Positions 35,780 to 47,580 of a stretch of DNA of 60,357 nucleotides are shown here, one piece after another (position 1 is the first letter of the stretch; every line of letters starts with the position of its first letter). The notes beneath the pieces are model-generated. The model did no database searches. It saw only the letters and a list, made by a program, of their open reading frames with translations, and was not told the DNA's origin. The DNA lies in NCBI GenBank assembly GCA_900128395.1, contig LT649251.1, positions 1-60,357 of the forward strand, given 5' to 3'. Position numbers and translations under genes: made by a program. The DNA comes from Stramenopiles sp. TOSAG23-2 (Eukaryota).

Positions 35780-36802
35780 ATGGGGTGTTGTGGTTCAACT
35801 ATATGGAACGATAGCACTGCGAAGGCATTTAAGACTGTTTGGTACGATGATTATGAAAAAACGTTTGGAAATGCTACTAAAAAAGTAATTGCCATTACTG
35901 GATGCACAACTGGCACTGGTTATCATCTTGCCAAATTTGCCTTGAGAAAAGAAGCAAGTGTAATTATGTTAAACCGTAACTCAGAACGGCATGATAGAGC
36001 ATTTAAGAGTTTGAAGGAGTTATTTCCAAATGGTACGTTAACACACATACCATGCGACTTGTCTAGTTTCGAAAGTGTGCGTAATGCAGCAAAAGAGCTA
36101 CGATCATTGTGTGAGAAAAATGGACTGGATGTTTTAGCTTGTAATGCAGGAGTCATGGCATTTCCAGATGAAGCTACAATTGATGGATACGATATACAGA
36201 TGCAAACCAATCATTTATCACATTTTTTACTTTTAAGCGAAACATTTTCTTTACTTGAAACTGCGGCGAATCAAAATGGTGAGGCTCGTGTAATTATGCA
36301 CAGTTCATTGGCACGACAAGGTGGGTCTCCACCACTCCAAGAAAAATATTTTGGAAAAAACGGTGGTGATCTCGGTGGAGATGGCGCATCTATGCTTTGT
36401 GGTGGTGCACGTTGGAAAAGATATCATCAAACAAAATTAGCAAATATAATATTTGCACAAGCTTTACATCAACGATTAAGACTTAAAAATTCTAAAGTTA
36501 AATCGCTTGTTGCCGCGCCAGGACTTGCTGCTACAAATTTGCAAGTTACAACGGGGGAAAAAAAGGGGATGAGCGAATTTTGGATTATGAAATATGGACA
36601 ATCAGCAGCTGATGGTACGATGCCACTTATATGTTGTTGTTTCCACCCAGATGCACAATGTGGTGATTTTTATGAGCCTGTTAAAAAAGCAAAAGGATTG
36701 CCTGTAAAAACAATTGTAAAAGCGAAAGAAAAAAGCGAAGCTGGCATGAAATTATTATGGGAACATAGTGAAAAAGCATGTGATGTGAAATTTGAAATTT
36801 GA
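35780..36802 (+). CDS. Short-chain dehydrogenase/reductase (retinol dehydrogenase/WWOX-like)
   Basis: ATG at 35780 (MGCCG acylation motif), ITGCTTGTG, CNAGVM, TNHLSHFLL, catalytic YHQTK. Confidence 0.9.
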   Translation: MGCCGSTIWNDSTAKAFKTVWYDDYEKTFGNATKKVIAITGCTTGTGYHLAKFALRKEASVIMLNRNSERHDRAFKSLKELFPNGTLTHIPCDLSSFESVRNAAKELRSLCEKNGLDVLACNAGVMAFPDEATIDGYDIQMQTNHLSHFLLLSETFSLLETAANQNGEARVIMHSSLARQGGSPPLQEKYFGKNGGDLGGDGASMLCGGARWKRYHQTKLANIIFAQALHQRLRLKNSKVKSLVAAPGLAATNLQVTTGEKKGMSEFWIMKYGQSAADGTMPLICCCFHPDAQCGDFYEPVKKAKGLPVKTIVKAKEKSEAGMKLLWEHSEKACDVKFEI

Positions 36803-36980
36803 AATATTATTATTATGTAAAGTGTACTCTAAAATATTATAAAATAGCATAATAGTGTATTGATGGTTACTCCTCTTCAGTTCTTTTATTAAAAAATATA
36901 CGAGTAATATTTTATAAAACAATTTGAAAATACACACTGGAAAATCATATATTTAATAAAGTCAAGACACAAATGTGGTG

Positions 36981-38196
36981 TTACCTTCGATGTTTCTCAC
37001 CCCGTCGATTGTTACCGCTACCACCACCACTACCACCACCTTTCCGTTTCAATTCATTACGTTTATGTTTCATATTATATTTCATTTCTTTTTTCCAATG
37101 TGTAATCAATGCATCTTCCCCGCAACTATAAAATTGAACAATATTTTGATTTCTTGTTCCAGATAAACTTGGTTCTTGATTGATTAAACATATATCACGT
37201 ATTAAACCATAATGGCTATCTGTAAATATACAATCAACAAATACACGTTCCATCGGATCATTTGTGACCCCACCACCATTAATACTTAATGAGATTGATA
37301 ATTGTACAATATCATGTGTATTAAATGTACCACCATATATTATAATACGTCCAAAATTCATATCATAATATCCATTTGGTAATAAATAATCAACATTTGG
37401 AAATTTATTATATTGTACAATACATTCACCATCTTCAACATTCCATATTGTTAATGTATTAACAGAGGTAATCAATACAATGTATTCAACACTATTGTAT
37501 CTAAATGGTATGGTATGTATAATATCGCAATTTGCATTGTAACACATCATAAATGCATCATCTTCATTCGATGCACTTACATCATATAAGGATGCTGTCC
37601 CATCTGCACTTGCTGTATATAATTTCGTTGGATCATTATGATCAAATGTTAATGTTAAGACTGCATCACTATGTGCATCTTTATATTGCCCAAGTAATTT
37701 ATTGGAATTACGTATATCATAAAAATTAATCATACCATTTTCCATACCATTTGCAATTAAATTACCACCTAAACCAAATGCAAGGCTATGGGAAGAATAT
37801 GAATTTAATTGTTGTTGCCCAGATGCTGACATTGCATTTCCAAAATTACCAACACGAACATCGTGTAAAGATACACCACCTTTACCAATAGCACTTAATA
37901 AATTATTATCAATTGGTGAATATGTAATTTGTCGTATAAAATTTGGTCCTTTGATTTTAAATTGTTGTATTGGTTTTAATGTTGTTGGATCATATGCTAT
38001 AATATTATTATTTGGTGCTAAACCAACTGTTAATAACGTTTTCGATAAATTAATATCGATCGATGTGGCAAAATGAGATGGTTTCTTTTTCTTTGTACTA
38101 TTATGTTTTAACGATGTTAAAATATTATTTACAGGTCGATATGTTTGTGGCATTGGTATTGGTGATTTATTTGTTTGAGTTCTTCTTGTTTCATGA

Positions 38197-38233
<37 letters not shown>

Positions 38234-38327
38234 GATTTATTGCTTGATATGTTGTTTCTATATTACTAAAATACATGGAATGGTCGTTTTTGTTATCATC
38301 AATATCCATGGATGTTAATGATGACAT
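36981..38327 (-). CDS. WD40 repeat protein, WDR89-like
   Basis: INFYDIR...LLGQYKDAHSDAVLTLTFD...KLYTASADG...YDVSASNEDDA and terminal YSCGEDALITHW resemble WDR89. Confidence 0.75.
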
Positions 38328-39597
38328 GTTGTTTTTGGTTTGTTTTACTTTTCTAATAATCGAAGATATATATATATATATATATTTATTTTTTTACTAT
38401 AAATCCTACTGTGTATAATTATCACCACACAATGTTTATTTTTTCACAAAAATCAACTTAATCAATCTATCTATCTATCTATATATATATATATACAAAT
38501 AAGATTCACGTGAATATTAATTAATCAATAATGTGGTAACAGATAAAAAAACAATAATTGACGAGTTGTTTATATTCTACATGTATGAAGAATGTACAAT
38601 AAATAAGTCGTTCCATATATCGATAGCGTACATATACATGTCTATCTATGAAATCTATTCTATGTATATGATATATATATTTTATTTTTTTTTCTTTCCA
38701 TAAATATATATAATATTCAACATTTCCCATTATTAACACCATCTACTATAACTATCATGATCGCTACTGCAATAGTGAAAGAAGATATTGTTTTGCGAAA
38801 AATAGGGAAAGATTATTATTAATTTTGTGTGTGTTTTTTTTTCCATAGTACCACGTGTTATATTTATTTATTTATTTTATTTTTTTTTTGAGATGATTAT
38901 TTTCTTTTTTTCCCATAGTACTATAGTACCACGTTATAACGTGTTTTTTATATTTCTTTTTATTTTTTTTTTGAGATGATTATTTTCTTTTTTTCCCATA
39001 GTACCGTGTTATTTATATTATTTATTTTTTTGTTTTCTTCCTCAGCAATCCTAGACCATCCAATTTATTTCATCCACAATCTCCTACCTTTTCCATAGTT
39101 TTAAGGGATTTTGTTCTACAATTTGCACCGACTAGTTTTGGTAAAATATTGTACTTAAACATCCATTATTAGTATACTTTATCATAGGCATGAAATCTCT
39201 TTTGACGATTTTCTTGGTAAAATATTAAAAACTAAAAAGTAACATATATATATACACATACACGTATACATAAATATCGGTACTCGAATATACAATCTCT
39301 GCAATAATTAGTTGATATTATTGATGAAGTAAAGATCGATTGAGGGATTACAATACGTTTTGAATCGAGAATGCAACATGGGAGATTGGGGTTGAAATCT
39401 CTTTTGGACGATTTTCTCTTGTGGTAAAATATTGTACTTATTCATCCATTATCATTATACTTTATCATAGGCATGAAATCTCCTATAATTTTGATCCTAT
39501 ATTAATATCTACAATATGATAATAAAAACACATTTTCGACGAAGGGAGGAGCGAGAATATATAATAATACTTCGTCCCCTCCTTAAACATTAATATA

Positions 39598-40477
39598 TAT
39601 CCTTTAACGGGGGAATGGCATCGATCGATGCCATTCAGGACCTTTTTCGAAAAAAAAGTCGAATTTCACCGAAATTCCAAAAATGAAGTAATGAGAATAC
39701 CACGAATGTGTATCCTTTAACGGGGGAATGGCATCGATCGATGCCATTCAGGACCTTTTTCGAAAAAAAAGTCGAATTTCACCGAAATTCCAAAAATGAA
39801 GTAATGAGAATACCACGAATGTGTTCTACACATAAAACTGATTTCAAAACATCCAACTTTTATAACAAAATTCCATCTAGAATTCAAATTAGAGTTGCTT
39901 GATGTTTGTCCATTTACATAAAATTTGTCACTTTTAACGTTCATATAACATATAACATATATATATCATGTGTTTACAAAACTAATTTATTCATGTGTAT
40001 AATGATATATTTTTGTTGAAATATGGGGATCTTAAGGTCGCTTATACAGTGGTAATACATTTATCCATATCGATTATTATTAAAATAAATTTCCGATTTA
40101 AAATTATTATATTACTAGTATTCTAAAAGTACAAAATAATAGGAAACATAATATTATAAAATTGTATAAATAATTCCATTTTGTGGATGAATATAAAAAA
40201 TTTGTTAGATCACACAAGATTACTAAAATTCGGGAATGGCATAGATCTATGCCATTCAGATTATCCCGTTAAAGGATATGATAGATATATTAAATTAATT
40301 CTATGTATAATATATAGCAGGTAAAACAAGTGCTTCTGATGTAACAAAACTAAAATTCGGGAATGGCATAGATCTATGCCATTCAGATTATCCCGTTAAA
40401 GGATATGATAGATATATTAAATTAATTCTATGTATAATATATAGCAGGTAAAACAAGTGCTTCTGATGTAACAAAAC
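39598..40477. mobile_element. MITE-like element with TIR TATCCTTTAACGGG and subterminal 24 bp palindromes; both ends tandemly duplicated (113 bp and 127 bp)
   Basis: TATCCTTTAACGGG at 39598 and 39711; CCCGTTAAAGGATA ending 40278 and 40405; palindrome GAATGGCATMGATCKATGCCATTC next to each. Confidence 0.75.
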
Positions 40478-40635
40478 CATTATTATATTATTAAAACTGA
40501 GAGAACATACAATATATCACCGCATAATCATCCCTAATCATTAGTTTGATCGAGTATATATATATATACATACAGTTTAGTTTAAGATTATTATTAATAT
40601 CATTTATTTTTAATAGCATTACTATATATAGAATA

Positions 40636-43600
40636 ATGCTACAAAATAATAATATTAAAGCAACAACCCATGTCTGCCCACAATATGCAGCATTAGCAGC
40701 AAATCCAAAACGAAATCCAACAGCAGCAGCAATTCTATCAGCAATTACCGATATTATCCAAATGCGAGTGCAACAACAGCAGCAAGCATCATCTAAAAAA
40801 ATCACACCAACACATTATTTTGCTACGTTAATGACAGCATTAGATGAAGGTAATCCCTCGGATAGGCAAGATTGTATGTTTTTATTGAAATTATTATTAC
40901 CACACGTATCAAAAGGTGTTTTACAATCAAAATTTGTTGCTGCTATGGATGTTTTTTCTAACGTGTTGAACGACAATGCCAATCCAGACAGTTTAACCAA
41001 CTCGTTAATTAAACATTTAATTGAATGCATTGGTTTAGTATTAGCTGCACAACCATGTGCACCAACATTTTGGGCACAACCAAAAACATTACAAAGTTTT
41101 AATGCAATATTAAATTTAATTATTGATGAACGTCCAAAAATACGTAAAAGTTCACATGAAGCAATACGTATATTATTACGTAATGGGCATGGGAAATATC
41201 TAAGCAATAATATTGTTACATGTTTAGAACAAATTTTAAAATCAGCTACACAAAAAAATTGTAAACCAGTATTGATTATTTTACCATTAATACAAGATGT
41301 ATTACCATATTTATTAGATGATGATGATAATAATAGTAATAATAATAAGAAGAAGAAAACTGGAAAACCATTAAAAGAAACATCGGCGGGTAGATTAATA
41401 TTTGCATTATTACGTACTCAAGCATTTTTATCGGATAATAAATTTAGTGAATTAACTTTTCGTTCGTTTCAAAATAGTGTAGTACCAAAACAATTGGATG
41501 GAAATACAAATGCAACAACAACAACAACAACAACAAAATGGAGTACAGATTTATTACATTTATTTTTAAATACATTAATGGATTTACGACCAGGACATCA
41601 ACAACAAGTACAAGTTGGTGAATCGTATTTACCATTATTAGCAGATGCAATGGTATGTATGTATCGTGGAAATAAAAATGTATCAATGAATTTATTACCA
41701 CGTGCTGTAACGACAATACAAACATTTTTTGATTCAACCAATACGGATGTGCATCGTTGGGCATGTGAAGCTATGGCACGATTATGTGTCCATTGCATTG
41801 ATGAAAATGAAGTTATTGAAACAAATATTACATTAATCAAAGAAGAAGGTATGAACAACAACAATCGACCAACTTCTGGTAAAACTTCCCCTAAACGTTT
41901 ATTGCCATTGCAAAGTGTTGTGCAAACATGGGCAGATTTATTTTTGCCACGTTATCGCCATGCAAGACGTGTCATTGTTCCATTTGCACAAGGTGTATTT
42001 GAACATTTCAATACACGTGCATATCCCATTTTAAATCCCATTGTCAATATGGTAAAAGATTCCATGGATGAAGAACGTCAAAAAGGTGGTGCAAATGTTA
42101 CAAGTAATGATAAAAAAGAAATGGAAGAAGCATTATGGGAAATAGTTGATGCAAATGACCATAGTGATAGCGATAGTGACGAGGACGATGCAATGGAAGA
42201 TAACAATAATAAGTACAACAACAACAACAACAAACGTGGTAAAGGTCCAAATAAACAGTTCAATAAAAATGCACGAAGATTACAAAAAATGAAAGAAAAA
42301 ATGAAAGAAAAAGAAGAATTAACAGAAGCATTAATTATTGATCGTTTCATTGGTTCGATTATTAAAGCATATGGGCCACAAAATTTCTTTACAATCGTAC
42401 CAATTGGTAACATTAATATTGAAGGGTTTAAAGAAACAAATGAATCCTTGCAATTATTAGATAAACGTTTATGGACATTACCATTATTAAAGAAATATTT
42501 ATTTGATTGTATCAATTTTTCAGATACAAAATTAAAAATGTTTAAAGAATATATATTGGTATTAGCATTACAATGCGAACGTGCAACACGTACGGATGGA
42601 GTTACAAATGTTGTTAAAAACGTCATGCAAACACGGGTACAACAATTATGGAGTTTATTCCCATCATTCTGTTCCAATGCAAGCGATATTGCTGAAGTAT
42701 TGCCAACATTAGGTCCAATGTTAGGCAATGCAATGAGAGATGGTAGATATCCACGTATGCAACAAAGTGTATGTCTTGGTATAGAAATTTTATGTAAAAA
42801 CAATAATAATAATGATGATGATTCGGAAATAAAAAATAATAAATTGCCTAACAACAACGAGGGTGGTGATGACGACGATGATGATAATGCTGAGCAAAAG
42901 GAACGAAAAACGATTAACGTAGCGACGCTGACTAAATTTGCACCAAATTTCTTCCCAATATTATTTGCTGGATATGAACAAACAAATGCACAAGAATTTT
43001 TAAATGTTATTAAAACATATGTTGTATTTGCATCAAAGGAATTAATTGAAAATATGGGTAATCAAGTCATTAAGAAATTGATACAAAGCACAATAAATTT
43101 AAGTGAAAATCATGCAACTGCATCATTAATGCTTGGATTAGCAACTGTCTTGACGCCAAAATTAAGTGTAAAACAACGTGACGTGTTGTACAAAGCAATT
43201 ACACCATGTTTGAATGATAATGCGCATGGAAATGTGCAAAAACGTGGATACAAAGTATTAGCTGCTCTGTGCGAGCATCATTCCAAACAAGCTGCATTAG
43301 ATAATTTCGAATGGTTATCCAATGTTGGTAAATCGATTGTTAATGGCATTGGTACATCAAGTGTTGCAGGGAAACGTATGCGATTATTATGTGTTGGTTT
43401 TATTATTAAAGGATTAGATTTAACACAAGAATTGCATCAACAATTATTTTTAGAAACCTTAGGGGAAGTAGTAATGTGTTTAAAAGAACAAAATACACGT
43501 GCTCGAAATGCTGCATTTGATTGTCTAATTATCATGGCTGAGCAAATGGTGGGTGTAAATTTATTAGAAACTTTTTTCGATATGGTTAGTGCTGGTTTAG

Positions 43601-44607
43601 CAGGTAAGACACCACATTTTCGCAGTGCAACAATTACTGCTTTGTCACGTTTGTATTATAAATATGGTAAAGAATTATCAAATGATAAAACAACAACTTT
43701 AGTTGAAACAGTTGTTATATTATTCCAAACACGTGCAAGAGAAGAAGTTGCGTCTTTAATAAGTTTCTGTAAAAGTGTTAGTACGAAATGTCCATCTAGA
43801 TTTTTATTAGCTAAATTATTAAAACCGATGGTAGATGGAATGTTGCGATGGAAAGATGATACGAAAAATCGTTTTAAATCAAAAATTAGAGGTGTCATTG
43901 AATTGATGGTACAACGTTGTGGTTTAGAGCAAGTGCGAAAATTTGTACCAGAAGATGACCAACCTTTGATGAATTATATTGATAGACAAGCAAGGAAATT
44001 AGCAAGTAAAAAGAGTAAAAATAAAGGTAAATACAATAATAAAATGCAATTGGATGATGCAGATTGGAACGATGAGATAGTTGATGGTAACAATAACATC
44101 GATGAAAGAAAGAAAATGTCCAATTTACGTGATGATGAGGATTTAACTAGTACATTTGCATTGAAACAAGATAAAACAAATGGTCGCAAAGGTAATAAAA
44201 ATTTAAAGAAAAGACGAAGACGGGAGGAAGAGGAACGCTTAGAAATCGGAGCAGATGGTAAAATGATTGTACCAAATGATGAAGAAGATGATATTGTGAA
44301 TAATAATAATAATAATAACAATGGCGATGGAAACGATGATGAACGTTTACGACGTGATATGTTAGCTATGATCAATGAAAAAACAGTACATGAAAAAAAT
44401 GGTTATGGTGCAAATGATGGTGGTGGTGGTGGAAAACGACGTAAAAAAAATGGAAAGCAAAATAATACAGGAATGGAATCTGGTAAAGCAGGTGGACAAG
44501 CATATGCATATATTAAGATGGGAAAAAATTTCAATACGAATTTTAAATCAGTTCGTGGAAAAAAGAACAAACGGAAAGGTGGTGGTGGTGGCAATAAACG
44601 ATGCTAA
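40636..44607 (+). CDS. RRP12: Ribosomal RNA processing protein 12 (NUC173/HEAT repeats)
   Basis: First ATG at 40636; DERPKIRK, LWTLPLLK, QLWSLFPSFC, VQKRGYKVL, GEVVMCLKEQNTRARNAAF, AGLAGKTPHFRSATITALSRL, C-terminal AYAYIKM. Confidence 0.92.
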   Translation: MLQNNNIKATTHVCPQYAALAANPKRNPTAAAILSAITDIIQMRVQQQQQASSKKITPTHYFATLMTALDEGNPSDRQDCMFLLKLLLPHVSKGVLQSKFVAAMDVFSNVLNDNANPDSLTNSLIKHLIECIGLVLAAQPCAPTFWAQPKTLQSFNAILNLIIDERPKIRKSSHEAIRILLRNGHGKYLSNNIVTCLEQILKSATQKNCKPVLIILPLIQDVLPYLLDDDDNNSNNNKKKKTGKPLKETSAGRLIFALLRTQAFLSDNKFSELTFRSFQNSVVPKQLDGNTNATTTTTTTKWSTDLLHLFLNTLMDLRPGHQQQVQVGESYLPLLADAMVCMYRGNKNVSMNLLPRAVTTIQTFFDSTNTDVHRWACEAMARLCVHCIDENEVIETNITLIKEEGMNNNNRPTSGKTSPKRLLPLQSVVQTWADLFLPRYRHARRVIVPFAQGVFEHFNTRAYPILNPIVNMVKDSMDEERQKGGANVTSNDKKEMEEALWEIVDANDHSDSDSDEDDAMEDNNNKYNNNNNKRGKGPNKQFNKNARRLQKMKEKMKEKEELTEALIIDRFIGSIIKAYGPQNFFTIVPIGNINIEGFKETNESLQLLDKRLWTLPLLKKYLFDCINFSDTKLKMFKEYILVLALQCERATRTDGVTNVVKNVMQTRVQQLWSLFPSFCSNASDIAEVLPTLGPMLGNAMRDGRYPRMQQSVCLGIEILCKNNNNNDDDSEIKNNKLPNNNEGGDDDDDDNAEQKERKTINVATLTKFAPNFFPILFAGYEQTNAQEFLNVIKTYVVFASKELIENMGNQVIKKLIQSTINLSENHATASLMLGLATVLTPKLSVKQRDVLYKAITPCLNDNAHGNVQKRGYKVLAALCEHHSKQAALDNFEWLSNVGKSIVNGIGTSSVAGKRMRLLCVGFIIKGLDLTQELHQQLFLETLGEVVMCLKEQNTRARNAAFDCLIIMAEQMVGVNLLETFFDMVSAGLAGKTPHFRSATITALSRLYYKYGKELSNDKTTTLVETVVILFQTRAREEVASLISFCKSVSTKCPSRFLLAKLLKPMVDGMLRWKDDTKNRFKSKIRGVIELMVQRCGLEQVRKFVPEDDQPLMNYIDRQARKLASKKSKNKGKYNNKMQLDDADWNDEIVDGNNNIDERKKMSNLRDDEDLTSTFALKQDKTNGRKGNKNLKKRRRREEEERLEIGADGKMIVPNDEEDDIVNNNNNNNNGDGNDDERLRRDMLAMINEKTVHEKNGYGANDGGGGGKRRKKNGKQNNTGMESGKAGGQAYAYIKMGKNFNTNFKSVRGKKNKRKGGGGGNKRC

Positions 44608-44697
44608 AATGCGCACCTGCACCGTGTTTTTGTGGCCATTCAAATTAAAAAAATATATGACCCATAACAGATAAGATCAGGAGGAATATAAAAAAGA

Positions 44698-44780
44698 CAT
44701 ATTATTCTTGCGATTGAGTATTGAGCATATTACTTTAACACGAGAAGTGTAAAAATATTATAACTTAGATTTTAACCATC
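44698..44780 (+). mobile_element. Short copy of the GATGGTTAAAATCTAAG family in opposite orientation, flanked by an AAAAAGAC direct repeat
   Basis: Reverse complement of about 19141-19222; AAAAAGAC at 44691 and 44781. Confidence 0.8.
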
Positions 44781-44979
44781 AAAAAGACCATATAATATTA
44801 CATATAATATATAGTACCTAGTTTTTTACATAATTTTTAATGGTATTTATATGCTATTTCTATAATGATGGTTAAAATCTACATATTTCCGATAACATGG
44901 ACTCTGAAAGAAGAGCAAAAAATTTTCAATGGTATCTTCGAAAACTAGATCGATTCACTAATGGAAGTACGTCAAATTG

Positions 44980-45227
44980 GCAGGAGAAGATTGCCAAAGA
45001 TGATATAAAAGAAAAAAGCAAAAACAAAACACATGTACTTTAAAAATAATATATAAAAGACGAAAAATGTTTACATTTAACAAAACTTTATTTTTTAAAT
45101 AATGCAGGAGAAGATTGCCAAAGATGATATAAAAGAAAAAAGCAAAAACAAAACACATGTACTTTAAAAATAATATATAAAAGACGAAAAATGTTTACAT
45201 TTAACAAAACTTTATTTTTTAAATAAT
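44980..45227. repeat. Exact 124 bp tandem duplication
   Basis: GCAGGAGAAGATTGCC starts at 44980 and 45104. Confidence 0.95.
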
Positions 45228-45331
45228 ATATCTTCTCGTTTTTAAATGTACGAACGTTTTAGGAACGCGCGCGTGTTCTGTATAAAACAACATTCTTGAT
45301 GTATTTCCACATCCTTTTTTTTACTTTATTT

Positions 45332-45468
45332 TTACGAAGCATCTTTAATATATATTAAAGTCGACTTAGATTTTTAACCATCATATATATATATTAAAGT
45401 CGACCCCAAAAATGTTTTGAAAGTCACACGCTTCCCCGCCATCATCGGAACAACTTCAGCATGACATA
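45332..45468 (-). pseudogene. Degenerate 3' fragment of a third copy of the Cys-rich gene family, interrupted by a short insertion
   Basis: Minus strand reads MSC*SCSDDGGEACDFQNIFGVD, versus MSCLGCSDDGGDACDFKNMFGVD in the intact paralogue. Confidence 0.8.
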
Positions 45469-45486
45469 TTTGAAAACAATTGTACT

Positions 45487-46929
45487 TTACGAAGCTTCTT
45501 TATATAAGTCGACCCCAAACATGTTTTTAAAGTCGCATGCATCTCCACCATCATCGCTACATCCTAAGCATGACATAGCGCGTTTAGTTGCCATTATATT
45601 TAACGCTGGTAACGCAGCAAGAAACATAAGCTTAAACTTTTCAAACCTAGCGCACATACTAGGCATCGGGGGCAACTGCGTAAGCCAAAATTTTCCTGCA
45701 TAATTAAATGGTTTCTTATGTCTAGGAGCATCATCCAATTTTAGAAGTGGTTTAAATCCACCTGTACAAGGATATGGATTATGCTTTTTCACATACAATG
45801 ATACAAAAACTGAACATCCAGGTTCTACCTCGTCTTCAAAATTTAAATCAGAAACTTGTGTAGTCTATACATGGAGGAAAATTTACTATGTTAGATATTC
45901 TAATATATGGTTTAATATGTACATATTTTATTATACTTACATGTGCTTTTTTCTTAATTTGCCCTAATGCATTTGCAGAATCTGTATAATGTACGTATAC
46001 ATTTTTACCTGAACATGCGGGCAGTTCGTTACTACATCCTGCACCTACTAATACATGACATAATTCATCTTTCAATGCCTTGCCACCAGCACCCTTTAAT
46101 CTAGATGCAGAACCACTAATTTTACATCCGATCATGTCTTCTACACATAAGGGCTCGCAAAAGCTGCAACAATACGACCAGAGATAGGTGGAGGCGAAGA
46201 CGTATGTGGCAATACAATTTATTATCACAATACGATTTATTATTGCATATGAATGAGTGATATGTTAGATAGAACATTTCTAATGCATAGGTTTATGGGA
46301 AATAGCAGCTTACTTACGAGTTACAACACCCACGAATTGCCTCTAAACATTCTTGTCCGCCCATTCCTTTACATCCACAAAATCCTGGAGCAAGACAACG
46401 GTGTTCAGGTACATGATTGTAACGATGCTTTGCTAAGAAATACACATATATACATAGGCATGTATGTGGGTGCGATTTTATTTGTTGTTAGAGAGATTAT
46501 AAAACTACCACTTTATCTTGTAATATGAGATGCATTGTACTTACAGTTATCTCGGCGAGCTCCAGGGAGCCAATTTTTTGCCCCTTTTCTTGATTTTAAT
46601 GGATTGATCATGCCCATTAACGCTCCAGCTATCCCGCCTAATGGGAACTTTCCTTCTTTAAACCTAAAGTTTGCATTACCCTTTTTATATTTTTGATACA
46701 TCGACATGTATTTGGCTTTCAATGTGCCTTGTTTAAACCTAAATTTATCATTGTTATTCTTCTCTTCCTTTTTTTTTGCTGATTGTACATTTAATATTGT
46801 TTTTGTAATAGTATCCGTACCAACACCGTCCCATTGGGGTATTGCTATATTAAAAAAGGAAGACAGAAGTATTAAAATAATTATAATATTGGTACCTTTT
46901 TTTCTTCGATATATATACTTGTCTATCAT
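45487..46929 (-). CDS. Secreted Cys-rich protein, paralogue A, 4 exons (46929-46545, 46432-46318, 46163-45941, 45864-45487), 366 aa
   Basis: GTAAGT/YAG introns join into a frame colinear with the paralogue at 51486-52557 (VPEHRCLAPGFCGCK...CCNSFCEPLCVEDMIGCKISG...KKHNPYPCT...CDFKNMFGVD). Confidence 0.88.
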
Positions 46930-47329
46930 GTTTATTGATGTTGAAATTAAGAAAATGAATACAACAGAAGTATTATGATGCCGTATTGTATTATTATAAC
47001 CCTTCTTCAATTGAATAAATATTATCTCTAATAGATCACCCGTTTTCCAGATATATTATATATTTAACCCTTGAAAATAAAAATTATACGAGTATATCAA
47101 TATAATTATATCGGATGAAAATTTTATAATTGATCTAATATATATATATATATGTTGATCTTTAACGTTTTCAGGTACATTTATTATATTGCACAAATAT
47201 ATATACAAAGAAGGGAAAAAATTAACATATACTTTCCGTTTTATAATATTTAAAAACTTTTAACTGTGGTTTATTAATTATTATATGTATTATATTTTAT
47301 TATTATTATTATTTATAGTTATTAGTAGG

Positions 47330-47580
47330 GAGGAGGAAAAGGAGGAAGAAGAGGAAGGCTGGAAGGCTGGAAGGCAAAAAAGCCAGGCAAGCTGGCAACT
47401 GGTAAGTGGTAGACTATTAATAAGCCAGCTGGGCTGGCCACTGGGAAGGATGCAAGTTGCAAGTTAAAGCAAGGTGCAAGCTAAGGCAAGCTGGCAAGCT
47501 GGGCAAGGTGCAAGGTGCAAGCTGGCAAGCCAGCAAGGAGCGAGAGGCAAAAGGCAAAAGGTGCAAAAGGTGCATATAAT
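47330..47580. repeat. Purine-skewed low-complexity GCAAG(C/G)TG repeats in a divergent intergenic region
   Basis: Many GGCAAGCTG, GCAAGGTG and GGAAGGCT units with locally high GC. Confidence 0.75.

Noticed and set aside
40546-40635. N-terminal extensions from TTG starts (RRP12; also SDR 35741 and paralogue A 47010)
   Set aside because: Eukaryotic genes; the first in-frame ATGs (40636, 35780, 46929) give sensible N-termini
42078-42857. 259 aa minus-strand ORF and similar short ORFs overlapping long genes
   Set aside because: Antisense or alternate-frame shadows of RRP12 and other genes; low-complexity L/Y/I runs derive from AAT/AAC repeats
44867-45382. MITE bounded by GATGGTTAAAATCTA / TAGATTTTTAACCATC as TIRs
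   Set aside because: Each end has its own flanking direct repeat and the interior differs from the family consensus, so two independent short insertions fit better; not fully excluded
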